From: Octopus sinensis
Lineage: Eukaryota
NCBI RefSeq assembly: GCF_006345805.1
Contig: NC_043006.1
Coordinates: 8,742,001-8,806,000, forward strand
Length of the DNA stretch: 64,000 nucleotides
Direction of reading: 5' to 3'
Of this stretch, positions 26,959-41,524 are shown piece after piece; position 1 is the stretch's first letter, and each line of letters starts with the position of its first letter. The notes beneath the pieces were generated by a model, which saw nothing but the letters and a program-made list of their open reading frames with translations, did not search any database and was not told the origin of the DNA. The position numbers and the translations under genes were made by a program.

Positions 26959-28140
26959 CAATTCATGACGAAAAAATGCATCGTTTATTCACTTAATTCA
27001 CTGACTTGATAGTACCGTTCTCGTTAGTAAAGCTTATGCTGTACAATATACAACTCTGTTGCCAGGCATTCAAATAGGAAAAAATAACTAGGTGTATTAT
27101 AGTAACTTGGTGTTCTACATCATTGCTACCAAACCGTGATAATACTTTTTTTGCTTTATAGGATTTTCCTAGCTTGCGCAAAATTAAAGATTTTGATGTG
27201 TGATTGATGGTGCTCAAAAATTAACATCAAACTACAGCGTAGCTTGAAGACAGCTAATGATTTCGCAGTTGAACGTATGTAGCTGTCACATAAAATGGTA
27301 GCAAAATTATGAGAATAATTGGAAGATCAATAAAATTGTTGTTGCCCTTCAAGCATTGTCGCGGTGCTTTCGATAACTAGTCAAAACTGATCTGATATAA
27401 TTGTACGTTTGACATTACAAATTATTGTTCTCTATGTAGTTCCGCACCGTTATTTCGTGAATATACCTCCTATACTTTATATTATTTTTCAGGAAGTGTT
27501 TTTTTTGTGTATTAAAAGAATATGAGGCTACCACTATCAGCTGTCTTGTTTAGATGTCTCCACTGATATAGTATCTACATCGCATTTAACTACATCACAG
27601 TGACATTGTATACTTTCAAGGTAATTGTAAGTAAATGAAATGGCATGAATGTAAGACAAGATGGAGTGTTTTAATTTAGTTTTAGATAGTTATTTTGCCA
27701 TTCTTTTCTTTTACAATCCACATTCCATTATTGCACCCATGGATGAGAAAATAGTTGTTTAATATTTAAACCGTGTCATCACTAACTTATTCGTATCATG
27801 TGTTATTATAAGTTTCTCTCTACAGTTGTCTGTAGATTTTAGTTTCGGCACTGAATGTTCCGATGTTTCGTACAGGAATACGTCTTTGAAAGTAATGCGA
27901 TCGAAGACGGAAAATAGGTAATGGCTGCATATGCACATCGTTGGAGTAATTACCCCTTCTTCCAATCCTTTAATTGTCTACGAATGTATTGCTGAAATAG
28001 CCATGATATTTATCTGTGTAACACTTTTGGATAGACCAATTTACATATTAAACACATCCTTGGCAACTGGTAAGTACATATTAACTTCTGGTAGGGACAC
28101 CTTATTTTGCTTTGCAACTATACTATATTAAGGAGTATAC

Positions 28141-28560
28141 TCTTTTACTCTTTTACTCTTTTACTTGTTTCAGACATTTGACTGCGACCATGCTGGAGCA
28201 CCGCCTTAAATCGAGCAAATCGACCTCGGGACTTATTCTTTTGTAAGCCCAGTACGTATTCTATCGGTCTCTTTTGCCGAACCGCTAAGTTACGGGGACA
28301 TAAACGCACCAGCATTGGTTGTCAAGCAATGCTAGGGGGAGAAACACAGACACACAAACACACACACATACATATATATATATACATACATATATACGAC
28401 AGGCTTCTTTCAGTTTCCGTCAACCAAATCCACTCACAAGGCATTGGTCGGCCCGAGGCTATAGCAGAAGACACTTGGCCAAGATGCCTCGCAGTGGGAC
28501 TGAACCCGGAACCATGTGGTTGGTAAGCAAGCTACTTACCCTACAGCCACTCCTGCGCCT
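28141..28560 (-). mobile_element. tRNA-derived SINE family 1, full length
   Basis: Same head, core and tail as 7323-7760. Confidence 0.92.
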
Positions 28561-31500
28561 ATTGTGTTTGTTTTGTGCTAGAAGTGCATCGGTTTTAATA
28601 ATTTCGTACCAGGTGTCAGGAGTGTGTTTAATATAAAACAATTGGTCTATATAATAGTGCTCGACCACTGAGCTTTGAGGTTATTGAAGTAAAAGTAACG
28701 TGTTCGTGGGTAGTTAATGGGTTAGATTTGGTGTTGAAGAACGATCAATAGTTCTTGACATCTACATATAAATCCGTTACTAATTTTTCTATCTTTCGAG
28801 GCATTGTTTAAATAGGAGTACTCGTGTATGACGTCACTTGCAGTGCTGTCATTGAATTGCATAGAAACATTGTAGAGATAAACTTAAAAAAAGCAAACGA
28901 AGTACTGCTAACACTAAACAAGGACTCAATATTGACTAAAAATCTTTTAATATATTTGCTAGTATATCATGATTGCAAAACCATAATATACTGGTGCCGT
29001 TACAAGCAATTAATAAAACATGTGTTATTAGGCAAATATGATATGCAGAATGATTCTGTATCACTGTTACAATTTCGAAGAAACCGATAGATAGATCGCT
29101 GCTTAAGTTGGTGAATTTACAATTATAGAGACATATTATCAGGAATTATTTTTCAACTTCTACGACATATCTACATTATGACGCGAGGTTAAAAGTCTTT
29201 CAATATTAATTGGTTGTCTGAGTTGGAGAACACCAGGAATTATTGATACCACTCTGTCAAACGTTGTAAAATCTACCGTTTAAAGTTCCTAAATAGACGG
29301 ATAGTAAAAAATTTGTCGACTAACTATCAGTTTGAAATATTTGCCATCTTATTTATGATTACGGATAAAATAGTGCCAAATGCCTATAAAGAGAGAATAA
29401 TCCATAAAGCTAAAGCAATATTAGAAAAAAATCATTCTCTGTGATTACTGGGATCATAACAGTGGTTTCAGAGGTTTTGGTAATCCTCTGTGTGATACAT
29501 TTTCAATCTGACATTTCAACTCAATCATGCATTTTTGATGTCTATACTGTTAAAATAAAAGAATATATCATTTGCTCTCTCTTTAAAACATGTCTTTAAT
29601 ATCTTGATGAAAATGTGTTCAGTTAGGCAACCAATTTTGCACCATTCATTATATTAATGTATTTTTTGTTAGATACATACTTAAAATTATTGGAAACATA
29701 TTGTCATGTACAATCTGCGTTCCTGGCATCGTTTGTGATTTATAGTGTGATTACGCTTCTGTTACCAAATTAGCAATACTCAGATATTTCTGCAGATATC
29801 CACATTCTTTGCTCGAGTGTATTAAAGTGAGTGTACAATACGTATGCAGTGGACGTAGTAAAGCTTGTATTCAAAGAAGAATGAGAAATAAATCCTTACA
29901 TTAAAATGGCATTTGGCAATTATATCTCATTTCTATATTTCCAGTATATATAAATTTCCGTTAGTACAGTCAGAGATTTCCAATTCCGTTTTCTTTTAGT
30001 AAGAAGTACTGCATAGATATTCGTCGATACTATTTATATCGCTTCACATTATTGAAAGTCTTTCGCATGTGGAATAAAATACGAAAATGAAATAGTAATC
30101 AGCGAAATCCATTGAGAGATTGAGAATGATTTCAAAGCGTAGAATACCAGGTTATTTCCATGTGTCGTTCTTCACGATGTTCTTTAAGAGACTGGGAGTC
30201 ATACGTGCGACAGGTTTTTAGATATAAGGTTTTAGGAAAGGAATATGCTCATATTATCGTAATTTCTTGTGTGCATACACGTAGTGAAATTTTCTTGTTA
30301 AATATATTTTCCGGAGACCATTGCCACAATTGAAGAAAATAAAATAAACTTACTATTTCTACTGACATCCATTTCCCCTTTGTCTTTAATTTTCAGATTA
30401 GTACGAATGGTTTTAGTCATTGTTATTTTCAATTCAGCCTACACCGTAATTGGCAATGTTTTTATATATTTTCTTCACAACTTTGAAGCAGCGTTTAAGA
30501 ATCTTATTTTGAATCCACCTCATTCCAGATTCAGTCACACAATCGACCACACGGAGAAAGTATCTTCTACTGTAACCCCGAGATGAGCAATCACGTGTAA
30601 GTGAATTTGGTAGACTAACATTTAATGAAAGCCTTGCGAATATATATAAATATATATAATTACATATTATATTTTATATTTTATATTTCTATTTCCTTGT
30701 CTAATTATATTTACAATATATTTTGTATAATGCCTTTACTGTTATGTAATGGTGTAATAAAGTATTGTTTGGGTATCATCTGATGGTTGATGTTTGATTG
30801 ATTTAAGTATGTTTCTCCATTTTCTAATTTTGTAACGAAGCATATACATATTTATTATGTGTGTGTGTGCGTGTGTATGTGTATTTGCATATGTGCATGC
30901 GTCTTGTGTCTGTGATTATACACCACGTCACTTCAAGATCGGGTAGGTTTGTTGGGTTTATAACCAATGAAGGCTGTGACCCAGCATAGCCGCAGTCCAA
31001 TGAATAAAATAGTTAGAATATAAACACTAAAACTAATATGTATTAAGTGAGTTTTCGGTAAGGAAGATATATGTAATTTTCACGCCATAAAACACTTGTA
31101 TATTCATTCTATACAGCACCACCCCAAACATGCATTTTCATTAAGAAACTATTACCTACGTTTTTATATGGTTCATGGATATCTGTATAGTAGTCTTTCG
31201 GTTTATCTAATTAAAGTTGTACATTTGTTATCTATATGTCGTAAGCAACTATATACCACAAGGGAAATTGACGTTGAAAATATAACTGCATCTATTTGAG
31301 TCAGGAAACTGTGTATGTATAAAGATTAGAAACGTGCATCATATATTTATAGGTATATTTCATGTATTATGGAAGAATATATTCGGCATGTTTTTTTTTA
31401 CTGTGTTAATTTCTATCTCCTTTATAGTTTAATTGAACAAAGTTCATACTAAGACACCATTGTAGTCGAGTTGTTTATTAATTTTTTTCATTTAACCAAT

Positions 31501-34500
31501 ATTAGAGACTGCTCTCATAATATTCTCTGCGCTGAATTAATTAAAGGTGGGCGTGTAAAATGAACATTTATCACTATAAAGGTTTTCGTTTTAACGTATA
31601 AATATACGTAATGAACTAAATATGATTTTTTAATGAACACTAGCTGCGATTCTATCTCAACGAGTGTATTATAGATATTCACTAAAAGATTGAATTTATA
31701 TGTTTGTTGGTAATTTGTAAATAAGTGTACATTTTTATGTCTAATGAGGTTGTACATAGCTTCGCTGGGGCAGGTAGGCCCATTTGTTAAACCACAGGAG
31801 TTTGTCCGTTATTTAGTCTTTGTCAGGTTTGATCGTTTAATTGAGTTTGCTAAGACAATAGCTTTACAGAAGATACGCTCATATCATTAAATATTCAGTA
31901 AACAGATACGTAATGGGGCATAAAACAACCAACACCATAACACATTACCACTAAATATCAAGAACCTGAATGTTTGGTGATGTACAACATCATTGTCTAT
32001 TTTGCTGTTCTCGAAACAGTATCTTGTCAGTTAGCTTACCAAAACACGGGTATTGTTTTATAAAGCTTAAAATACTCTGTACATTTTCGGTAATACTTTT
32101 ACATTTACTATTGCCTGACTTTTATTCGACATACTATTATATACTGTGGGTTAATAATCTAACCACTTTCCATACATCTCTCTGATTCTCTATTAAACAC
32201 ATACAAACATATACACAGACATAAACACATGTAGTTTGTCGACCACATAACAGCATATCGTCAACCCATCAGAATAGGCACTACTATCAAATTGTGGGAC
32301 AATGAAGTAATAAGTTACAATTATATTAAATACAGCCACAGAGAAACACATTATAATTGAAAACAAAATGTGCAGTTGAAATCTAATATAATATACGTGA
32401 ATTCGGAAAAAATGTATTTCCCAAAAAAGCAATATTACTTATATAATTAAATAGATCCCTGTCTATGTCAGTTCATACTAATGTAATTTAATAACAATAT
32501 TGCTTATCTCTATTGAATGCTAGGCTGTATCTTCATGTAGTCTTTAAAAGAAAATGCTGCATATGGCTAAGCATCATTACTATTTTAAAATAGCAGTTAG
32601 CAACTGCATCAAGTATAATATATGATATGCAAAGAGTATCCGTACGGTTTTCAGTTCCATTAATCTTAGCATTGGTGAAGTGCATTAATTCTTTTATGCC
32701 ATGCACACTATGATTCTTGTAAAAAGTCAGAAAGGAATTATATTAATTATCAAAAAATTATTTCTTTAAGCTGCAACTCAAATCGATGCTCATCTATTAG
32801 GTTCCTTATTATTAAAAGTCGCTTTGCGTTTTTTTTTTTGCCCTCGCACAATGAAAATTGCAAATGGAATGGAAATATGGCTTCTTTCCATCATCAAATC
32901 TAAAGATTTAAGACAGAATTTTCTTCTATAATGATATTAATAATTACAAAAAAGAAAAAAGGGAAAGAAAAAGAAAAAAATGAAAGCGGTTATATGGCTT
33001 TGATATATTTTGATAGGAACTGAGCGTAGTGTTCCGAAAGCTTTCATTTATCATATTCTTTAGATGTTTCATCTAACTTGAAGATTCTTTGAACTTTTCA
33101 TTTTCGCAATTTTTTCTTTTTTCTTTTCTTTTTTGGCGCTGTGGGGGGGGGGGCGTCTTGCATAATTTTGTTCTGTCCCAGTATGACAATGATATTATGA
33201 GTATTTAGGAATTTGTTAATCACAAATAAAAAGCACATAGCTATTCAGTATCATATAACCTTGTATGAATTTTAGATGTTTAGCAGGAAAAAAAATACAT
33301 CATAATATCCGTATATTCGGTACGGAACTCATAGTCAGTATTGCCACACCATATCAAAGTATTATGTTTAGTCATTATAATCAAGTATTGAGTAGCTACG
33401 CAATCAATCGTGCATGTTACATTTGATATATTATTGAGACTTATAACACATTTCATGGTGGTAAATTTCTTTTCAAATCGGATTTCTTTTTAGCATGTTC
33501 TCTATTTGTCAAAAGCAGAACGCTCTGTTTCATTACTATTATCGACGACTGTATTCCTAAAGAGCTCTTAATCGTCCCGTGGCGAGGTATACCTTTAATT
33601 CTATGCCTAAAACTGTAATGTTAAACTGTCTTCTTTAAATTATCATTGTTTTAACAGTTAACGGTATATGTCACACGTAGGAATAGTTAGTTTTATGAAA
33701 GATACAAATGCGAATTTTTTACTTCAATCCTTTCACGTTTTGCAACACCATAGTTCATAAATATTTTATCTTTATAAACTCACATGAATCCAGATCGAAC
33801 AAAGAGAAAAGTATTAATGTTTAGTGCAACACTGTTTGGTCACGTCCCCGCAACGTATTGCCTTACTATCAATTAGACCGATGAGACTTAAACATAAATA
33901 CTGCTTTCATTATGATGGACAGAGTTCATTCAAGCCTTGTCCCAGAAAAGCCCAACATGATCATTTTATAATATATTGTTTACTCATTCAGTGTACGATT
34001 GGGACTAGCAGCGAACATAGATACTTTCATGTTAGCGAAAAACTAAATACGATGTTTTAATGAATATTATCTGCAATTCCATCGCAACGAGTGTAATATA
34101 GGGATTCAGAATGCCCTGTTTCATTACTGTTATCGTCGTGTCTATGACTAAAGTGTTCTTAAGCGCCTCTTGACTAAGTATATCTTTAATTCTGTATGTA
34201 TAATCGTATATTAAACTGACTTGTAAATTATTTTAAAATTGTCATAATTATGTAAGATATAATTGCAAACTCAAATATTTACCTTAGCTAATATCTCTAT
34301 CTTCCCGTATTCTTAGGTTTGTGTATTTTGGCTTATTTAAGACAAATATATACAGATCGGTGTAAATATCTTTCACAAATGCTGCACTGTAGTAACTTTA
34401 GTAATACATGGTGCTAACTTCAATCGTAACAGCTTTAGTTAAACTATCATTAAAAGTACTACTAGTAATTATAATAGAATTGTTAGGGATGCTTTTGATC

Positions 34501-36046
34501 ATATCTTAACCCATATTTCCCAGGAATATCCATTTCCAGACCTTAGCATCTTAATTTCAGTATTGATTACTTTTTAAATTTAATCATGACATTCAATAAT
34601 AAACTTTAAAAGATATCAGATAATAAAAGATATCAGATAATAAAACAAATTACATTTTGGATTATATCTTGCTATCTAAGACTGTCCACAGTAAATCGAT
34701 GAGAGCGTCATCACTCTTATCTGAAAACCGTTGTTTGATTACGTCCCCGTAACGTATTGGGCCGTTGTTATACATAGAATTAGTACCAAATTTGAAATTC
34801 AAGTACAAGTTTAATCATGATTGACTATTTATATTTATAAAAAGTAATTACAAAGGGAAATACTACATTTACGGAATATAACGATATTGAGCACAAAGCA
34901 ATGAAAGGTACACGTGTAATCATAATCATTCCATGAGTCTTTTATAACATAAAAGACGGGCACTGGCTATTAGATATGCTATTTAGCATCTTACATTAAG
35001 AAATATGCAATCACGCGAAACTGGGTATTTGGCTTATAAATTGCAGGATATCTAATTTACAAAGGAAATTAGCGATAACCATGCTGATGTATTTGCTAAT
35101 ATGCGATGGAAACGGTTTTCGGCTTTGGTAAGTGAAATAATGTTGTGAAAATGATCTGTTTGAAAGCACAATGGCAATCGGGCGTTGTCGTTTTTATTAT
35201 GAAATACTGAAACATATTTCCAAAAAGGTTTTCATAAATCACTTAGAGATACAATGCAGAATGTATTAAGATTGAAAATTCCAGTTTTTCATTCAAATAT
35301 AAGAATAAATAAATATTAAGTTATAAAAACTTTATAATATTCATGTTTTAATATCAAAATTGGAATTGAGATCAAACTATTATCATTTTGCTCTTTTTAT
35401 TTTGATGAATGTCATTCGATCGATTTCATAAAGAGATTTTATGGAGGTATTGTTCAATATTACTATGATATATGATACGAAGTATTGATGGATAATGTTT
35501 GAGAGAAAAATGTTTTTAATATAGTTAACATGTACTATTGCACATATATAATATATATAATCCCATAAAAAGTTTACAAATACATACATACCGCATATAC
35601 ATAATAAACATGCAACGCAAATTATAACGTCATATATGTAACTGTGCGTGTGTGTATGTGTGTGCGTGTGTGTGTGTGCGTGCATGTGTTGGTATGTGGG
35701 TGAGTGTGTGTATTTGTGTCTTCGTATTTGTACGTGTACAAACGTAATTACGCTAAGTTTGTAGAATATCTTCCAGGCAAATTGCAATAAAAGGTATAAT
35801 TTTAAAAGAAAATAATTCAAAAGGAATACTTCTGATTTGGCCCCTACCCTTTCACTTTTCATTGTAGAGCCCATTAAATAATTTAAACAAGTGCATTGCA
35901 CAATGCTTCATTGAGATCACATACCGTTCTAACACATATATGCATATATAGATATTTCTTTATAAGTATGCATATGTGTGTGTGTGTGTGTGTGCGTGTG
36001 TGTATGCATGTATGTATATACGTAGATATAGAGAGAGAGCTGGCAG

Positions 36047-36250
36047 AAACGTTAGCGCGCCGGGCGAAATGCTAAGCGGTATTTCGTCTGTTGTTACGTT
36101 GTGAGTTCAAATTCCGCTGAGGTCGACTTTGCCTTTCATCCTTTCGGGGTCGATAAATAAAGTACCAGTTTCGCACTGGGGTCGATGTAATCGACTTAAT
36201 CCCTTGTTTGTCCCCTCTATGTTTAGCCCCTTGTGGGCAGTAAAGAAATA
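36047..36250 (+). mobile_element. tRNA-derived SINE family 2, full length
   Basis: GAGCTGGCAGAAACGTTAG A-box-like head, GAGTTCAAATTCC B box, conserved core. Confidence 0.9.
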
Positions 36251-36714
36251 TATATAGAGAGAGAGTAAACGCCATAGCCAGAAATAGGAAACGACAGGAA
36301 GTTTAAGTTTTGAGTATGCAGGACTTGCGATTCGAAATTTACCCTTATCTATCATTAGACGAGTGAATAATTGATATAAATAAGCAACGAGCATTATTCT
36401 AACAAAAAGCTAACCACGATAACTCATATATGTAGAAGTTTAGTCAAACTAAAATTAACTAGAAATTTTGTAATAATAACAACATTATGAACTGCAAGAG
36501 CAACGATGAAAAGAATGAGGGAAAATTATTCGTATATTCCGCTCTGTCACATTCATGTCTGTCCTAAAATGTCTGTAGAAGTTTTCCACGGATTCCCACA
36601 TTTGACAATTTTGACAAACGCTTTACGGAAGTCAAGATATATGACATCAGATTTCAAACCTTATCTCAACGCTTTAAGGATATCAACGATGTGGCGTAAG
36701 AGCTAAGAGCTGTG

Positions 36715-37690
36715 TTAGACAGTCCCTGCTACAGCGAATGCTGGTTTGAATTTAGGAGTTTGTGGCTCTCCAGGAAGCCAGCTGCCCTTGATCTCACCAC
36801 CCTTTGAAACACATTAATTATATGGGATGTGATTGAGATTGAGCGATAGTTGATTGTGAGGCATCTGCTACCCTGTTGGAAAACCGGATGACTGACTGGG
36901 ATAACAGCTATTTCGGTATGTAACCTGAGTCTAAATAATTTCTCCACAGGTTTGTCAGAGGGACTGCAAGTTGGTGTGTATATTCCTTCAGGAGAGTAGT
37001 GGGGAATCTATTAGGGCCTACAGCAGAAAGATTTTTGATCTCATTTATTGCTGCTTTGATGTCTGAAGCAATAAAGATTATGTCCGAGATTATAACTTGG
37101 GGATCGACTTCGTTTACATCCCTTATGTCAATATCAGTGGGATCACTAAAAACAGGTCAGCATTGTTTCTGCAGTATTTCTACTAATTTTTAGCAACCTG
37201 TTGGAGAACTCCGTTGTCATCGATCAATGGGTGTGACAGCGATGATATGCTTATTTGCTTATGAACAGAATACTTTTGGGTTCTGTTTGATTATTTTGAT
37301 TACCCACTGCTCATCTGCAGCTCTTCGACTTTCAGTGGAGGTTTGCATGTTGTTCTGCAGATGCAGTTTTTCCAACTCCAGCTTTTTCATTGTCGTTGAA
37401 TCTAAATGTTGCATGAGAGAGAATTTTAACTGGTTGATTTTTTTATTAAGTCTTATGATGCGCCTTATGAGTACTTTGTTTTCCCTCGGGAGCCTGTTTC
37501 TTTTTGTGTTAGTGGATTTCATAGGAGTGGGTTTTGAGCATGTATATGGGGACAATGTCTTCAAAGCACTGCCATGTCGTTTTAATGTCAGTGGAACTGA
37601 TAGTAAAGGTCCAGTCGATAAAGAACAGATCCTTTCTGATTGCACCCAAGTCTGCCACGTGGAAATGTATGATGTCAAATAAATGCCGTG
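36715..37690 (-). mobile_element. CR1/Jockey-group LINE relic (endonuclease-RT linker and RT start)
   Basis: IIKQNPKVFCS; NYRSISITSHIINVFQRVVRSRAAGFLESHKLLNSNQH. Confidence 0.75.
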
Positions 37691-37714
37691 TTAGAAGGGT
37701 AGTAATTTCTAGTG

Positions 37715-37850
37715 AGAGGTTAAACACAGTTTCCTCGACCCCGTTGTTCAACTGCTATTTATTTGATTGACCCCGAAAGGATAAAATGCACTGTCGAACT
37801 CAGTGGAGTTCGAACTAAGAACACATAGACTGATAAAATACTACTAAGAT
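37715..37850 (-). mobile_element. Degraded family-2 SINE fragment
   Basis: ttgattgaccccgaaaggataaaatgcactgtcgaactc matches the family 2 core in reverse. Confidence 0.65.
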
Positions 37851-38294
37851 TGCTGCCTTCAAAATATGTGCATATATTAAAATGAAAGTTGAAGTCGAAA
37901 ATCTGTAAAAGCACGGTGCAACCTGATAACATGAGAACATACTGCTGTTTAAAGTATCTATGAAAATTAACACTATAATAAGAACATTATTTGTAGGTGT
38001 ATCATTTCCATACAACTGTCTAATTTAGATACAGCAAAGGTGCTTTGCGTGTAAAACTTACAGCATTAACATCACTGTGTCTAGACTAGGAAATAACTGA
38101 TTGATCGTTTTATGTTGAAATATGAAAATAAAATAAACGCGTATTTCGTCGTAAAGCTCATGAATAATGTAAAAGATGCTGCTCGTTTAAGTACCGTTTG
38201 AAATTTGTACTTTCATCTGGAGAACTACGATATCTACATTTCTGTGTAGGTGTCAGTACGTACATCATACACATTGCGCGCGCGGACACTCATA

Positions 38295-38425
38295 TAAATA
38301 GATAGATATATAGATAGATAGATAGATAGATAGCTACATACACACATACATACATACATACATACATACATACATACATACATACATACATACATACATA
38401 CATGCATACATACATACATACATAC
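38295..38425. repeat. (ATAG)n(ATAC)n tetranucleotide microsatellite
   Basis: Seen directly. Confidence 0.97.
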
Positions 38426-39566
38426 ATTGATATTCTTACAGAACACCCACGTTTAGGTGGTGATAAACAGATATATAAATGTTATTATCAAAAACTAGAC
38501 ATTACTTGAAACTCTTGGCCTATGAGTCATACTGAATCAGTTACCTATGATTGATAAAAAGAACTTATATATACTAAGGTACTTAACTATGTTTTTTCTG
38601 TTTTCATCACGAAAATTTATTTAAAATAGATGCTGTACTTGTTTTACATACTGCATTCATTGGAAGGAACTTGTTATATCAGCTATAACTTCCAACGTTA
38701 TCTACATTTACTGCTATTTGTGCCCATTCTGTGCTTGACGAGAAAAATTCATACTTCATTAGAGATCGGCAGACATTTTTGGTAACACTATTTCATTTTA
38801 TCTCTCCCACCCTAGAGTCAACTACCTTGCAAAACATTCAGTAACTCTATTATTTTAATTTTCTCCTCAAGTTTCGTTCTTTGTTTCCAATCGTAGTATT
38901 TCTTACATTTTTCCGATCCTGGTGGGGGTGTCGCATGAATCCCGTTGCTGGGACCGAAGGGCCACCCGACCTGTTGAATGCATCCATCCGCCACCGGCGG
39001 ATCATAACTTACCGGGATGCCCGATTTTGATCTATTGCCCTGCTATCAATTTTAATTCCAATATCAATTAGCTAGGTTACGGATATAAAAAGCAGAAGGA
39101 TATACCCCACGTCAACTGCAAGCGTCATCGACTGTTCCCTTGCAGGTGCAAAAAGAAATAATGTTTTCTCGAGTCACTGTCAAATCAACATTGACATTTC
39201 TTTTACTTCACGTTATTCTAATTGCCTTACTGTATATTTGAATGTTTGAATGAAAATAATTTCAAGGGTGTGGCTGTAATCTTCTGTCACGCGAGCCTCT
39301 TTGAAGTGATACCTTTTCTCTTATACTAACAAATCCAAGCGCTTTGACACAGTTCGCCACCACTACGTCTCTCTTATCGCTGCTCTTCTCACCACTCAGC
39401 AAAAAGTCTAATATTATTATTCCAAGTAGCAGCGAGTCAATAATATAGAATGCAATTCAAGTTAATTAGGATCGCTTTACAGCAATATTTCTTGTAATTC
39501 GCATAATGATATAATAATATAATATGTTCATATAATCGGTTAAAGCAACTATCCTTGACTACTGCA

Positions 39567-39567
<1 letters not shown>

Positions 39568-39597
<30 letters not shown>

Positions 39598-39763
39598 CAC
39601 ACACACACACACATACACTCACACACACATACGCACGCTAACACACAGACTGATGCACAATGGAGCAGATAGGCAGCACTGAGCTAAAACATACAGATAT
39701 AGATTCATATTTATGTCTGTAGATATTTACACACACACACACACACGTGCACACATGCAGAGG

Positions 39764-39815
<52 letters not shown>

Positions 39816-39938
39816 TACACACACACACACATATATATATGCATACATATATATATATATACATATATATACATATATATACATATATATATACATATAA
39901 ATATATATATGTATATATATATGTATATATATATGTAT

Positions 39939-39981
<43 letters not shown>

Positions 39982-40008
39982 TATATATATTATATATATA
40001 TATATATA
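39568..40008. repeat. Large compound (CA)n/(TA)n microsatellite region
   Basis: Seen directly; source of several YIYI ORFs. Confidence 0.95.
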
Positions 40009-41201
40009 AGCGTACAGACATATGTACAACCAAGGGATATTGTGAATATGTGTGCCTATGCATATAAGCGTGTTTATTCTTATTCTTGTCAATTATGACT
40101 ATTATAAAGAGAACGATTTTAGAACTCAGGAAATTAAACGTGGCTTACATTATACTGATCTACAGGTAAGATCGTCTTCGATTACATAATTACCTTCTCA
40201 TAAATGCTAACGGTGGTAATTTACCAACAACAATTCATAGGGCCAGACACCATTTAATTGTGTGATGAAATGATCATTGACATATATATCTATAAAAATT
40301 CAGATTACTTTTTGATAGCACTACTATGTTCAAATTTTATCATATATTTCTCTCTCCTTTTTGCATATACTTACTCATATTCACATATGCGCTACTTTCT
40401 GTTTAGTTCCACCGTAGGCGTTTCCAAAATATCGCATATTTTTCTTCATATTCCATTGTGTTTATGCCCAAGCTTGCAAATGTGAAACCTACGTTTGAAC
40501 AAGTGACCACTTAATCTTTTAGTTTTATAAATTTTATCTTGGTGAGCAGATTTGTTTTAAAAGTTGTGAGATAATAAATTTCTTTAAACATTAATTCGTG
40601 TGGTATGTAGCCTTATTCTGAAAGGTCCTACTATATAATTTATGCTGGTTTCTATTGTTTCTGCCGCTACAAAATTAGTAAGAAAACATACTACTTGTTA
40701 TGGTTTTTCTTCCTCGCGATGGTAACACATTGTGTAGTTGACGCAAAGACCTATCTCTGTGTTGTGAAGTATTTAAAACATGCATTTAATTCTTTTAAAA
40801 TCTTGTGTTTCTTCATATTTAACTGAATTATTATATAGTGTGTGTCGGAGTCTTTTTTGAAATATATTTTTTCTTGATATGTGTTATGCGCAACCTCATA
40901 GTAATGCGGTTAGCGTCAAATTAAGACTTAATAAAAATTTATTTCAAATGTTCTTTGTTGCGTTTCTGAATACTAATACAAAGGAAAAAATAGTGACGAC
41001 ACGACAGTGAGACATCTTATTTAAAGCAAATAAATAAATAAATAAATAAATAAAAAAGGGCGTGCTCTAATTTTCTCTGTTGTCTTCTGTTTCGTACTTT
41101 TGTTAACGCAAAACTACTGTACACTCAAACGGTCTAAGCCTGTGTGTATGTATAAATCTTACTCTGTGTGTGTATGTGTGTGTCTGTATATATATATATG
41201 C

Positions 41202-41232
<31 letters not shown>

Positions 41233-41262
41233 GGTGGGTGTTTATACATACATGTGTATATA

Positions 41263-41486
41263 TAGTAAATCCAAACAAGAACGCACAAAAAACACAACAA
41301 CGCGAGGACGTGGAACAAATATAGTATTATTGGACGCTCAGGAAAGAAGGAAAGAAAGAGGGTTTAACGTTTCGAGCGGAGCTCTTCGTCGGAAACATAG
41401 GAGAAGGTAAGATCCAGAGAAGGGAATACAGAGGAAACAAAATCGCCAACGGTACACACGCGGTCACATTGTTGGGGACAAACGGG
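41263..41486 (-). mobile_element. Solo PLE pseudo-LTR-like repeat with minimal hammerhead-like motif
   Basis: Homologous, in reverse, to 53856-54048. Minus strand GTTT-CCGACGA-A-GAGC-TCC-GCTC-GAAAC-GTT-AAAC at 41362-41396. Confidence 0.65.
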
Positions 41487-41524
41487 TATATATGGATTAG
41501 TGTGTGATAGCACATTTAGAGTTT

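Noticed and set aside
31157-31207. 51-nt phase 1-1 in-frame candidate alternative exon on the minus strand (KPKDYYTDIHEPYKNV)
   Set aside because: The acceptor lacks a pyrimidine tract, the donor is weak, and the peptide has no resemblance to Cys-loop sequence.
39004-39035. ACTTACC, resembling the U1 snRNA 5' end
   Set aside because: The downstream sequence does not match U1; it is the reverse complement of a splice donor.
39638-40092. Multiple YIYI/VCVC ORFs, also at 8.4-8.9, 9.5-10.2, 52.8 and 57.1 kb
   Set aside because: Products of (TA)n and (CA)n dinucleotide repeats.
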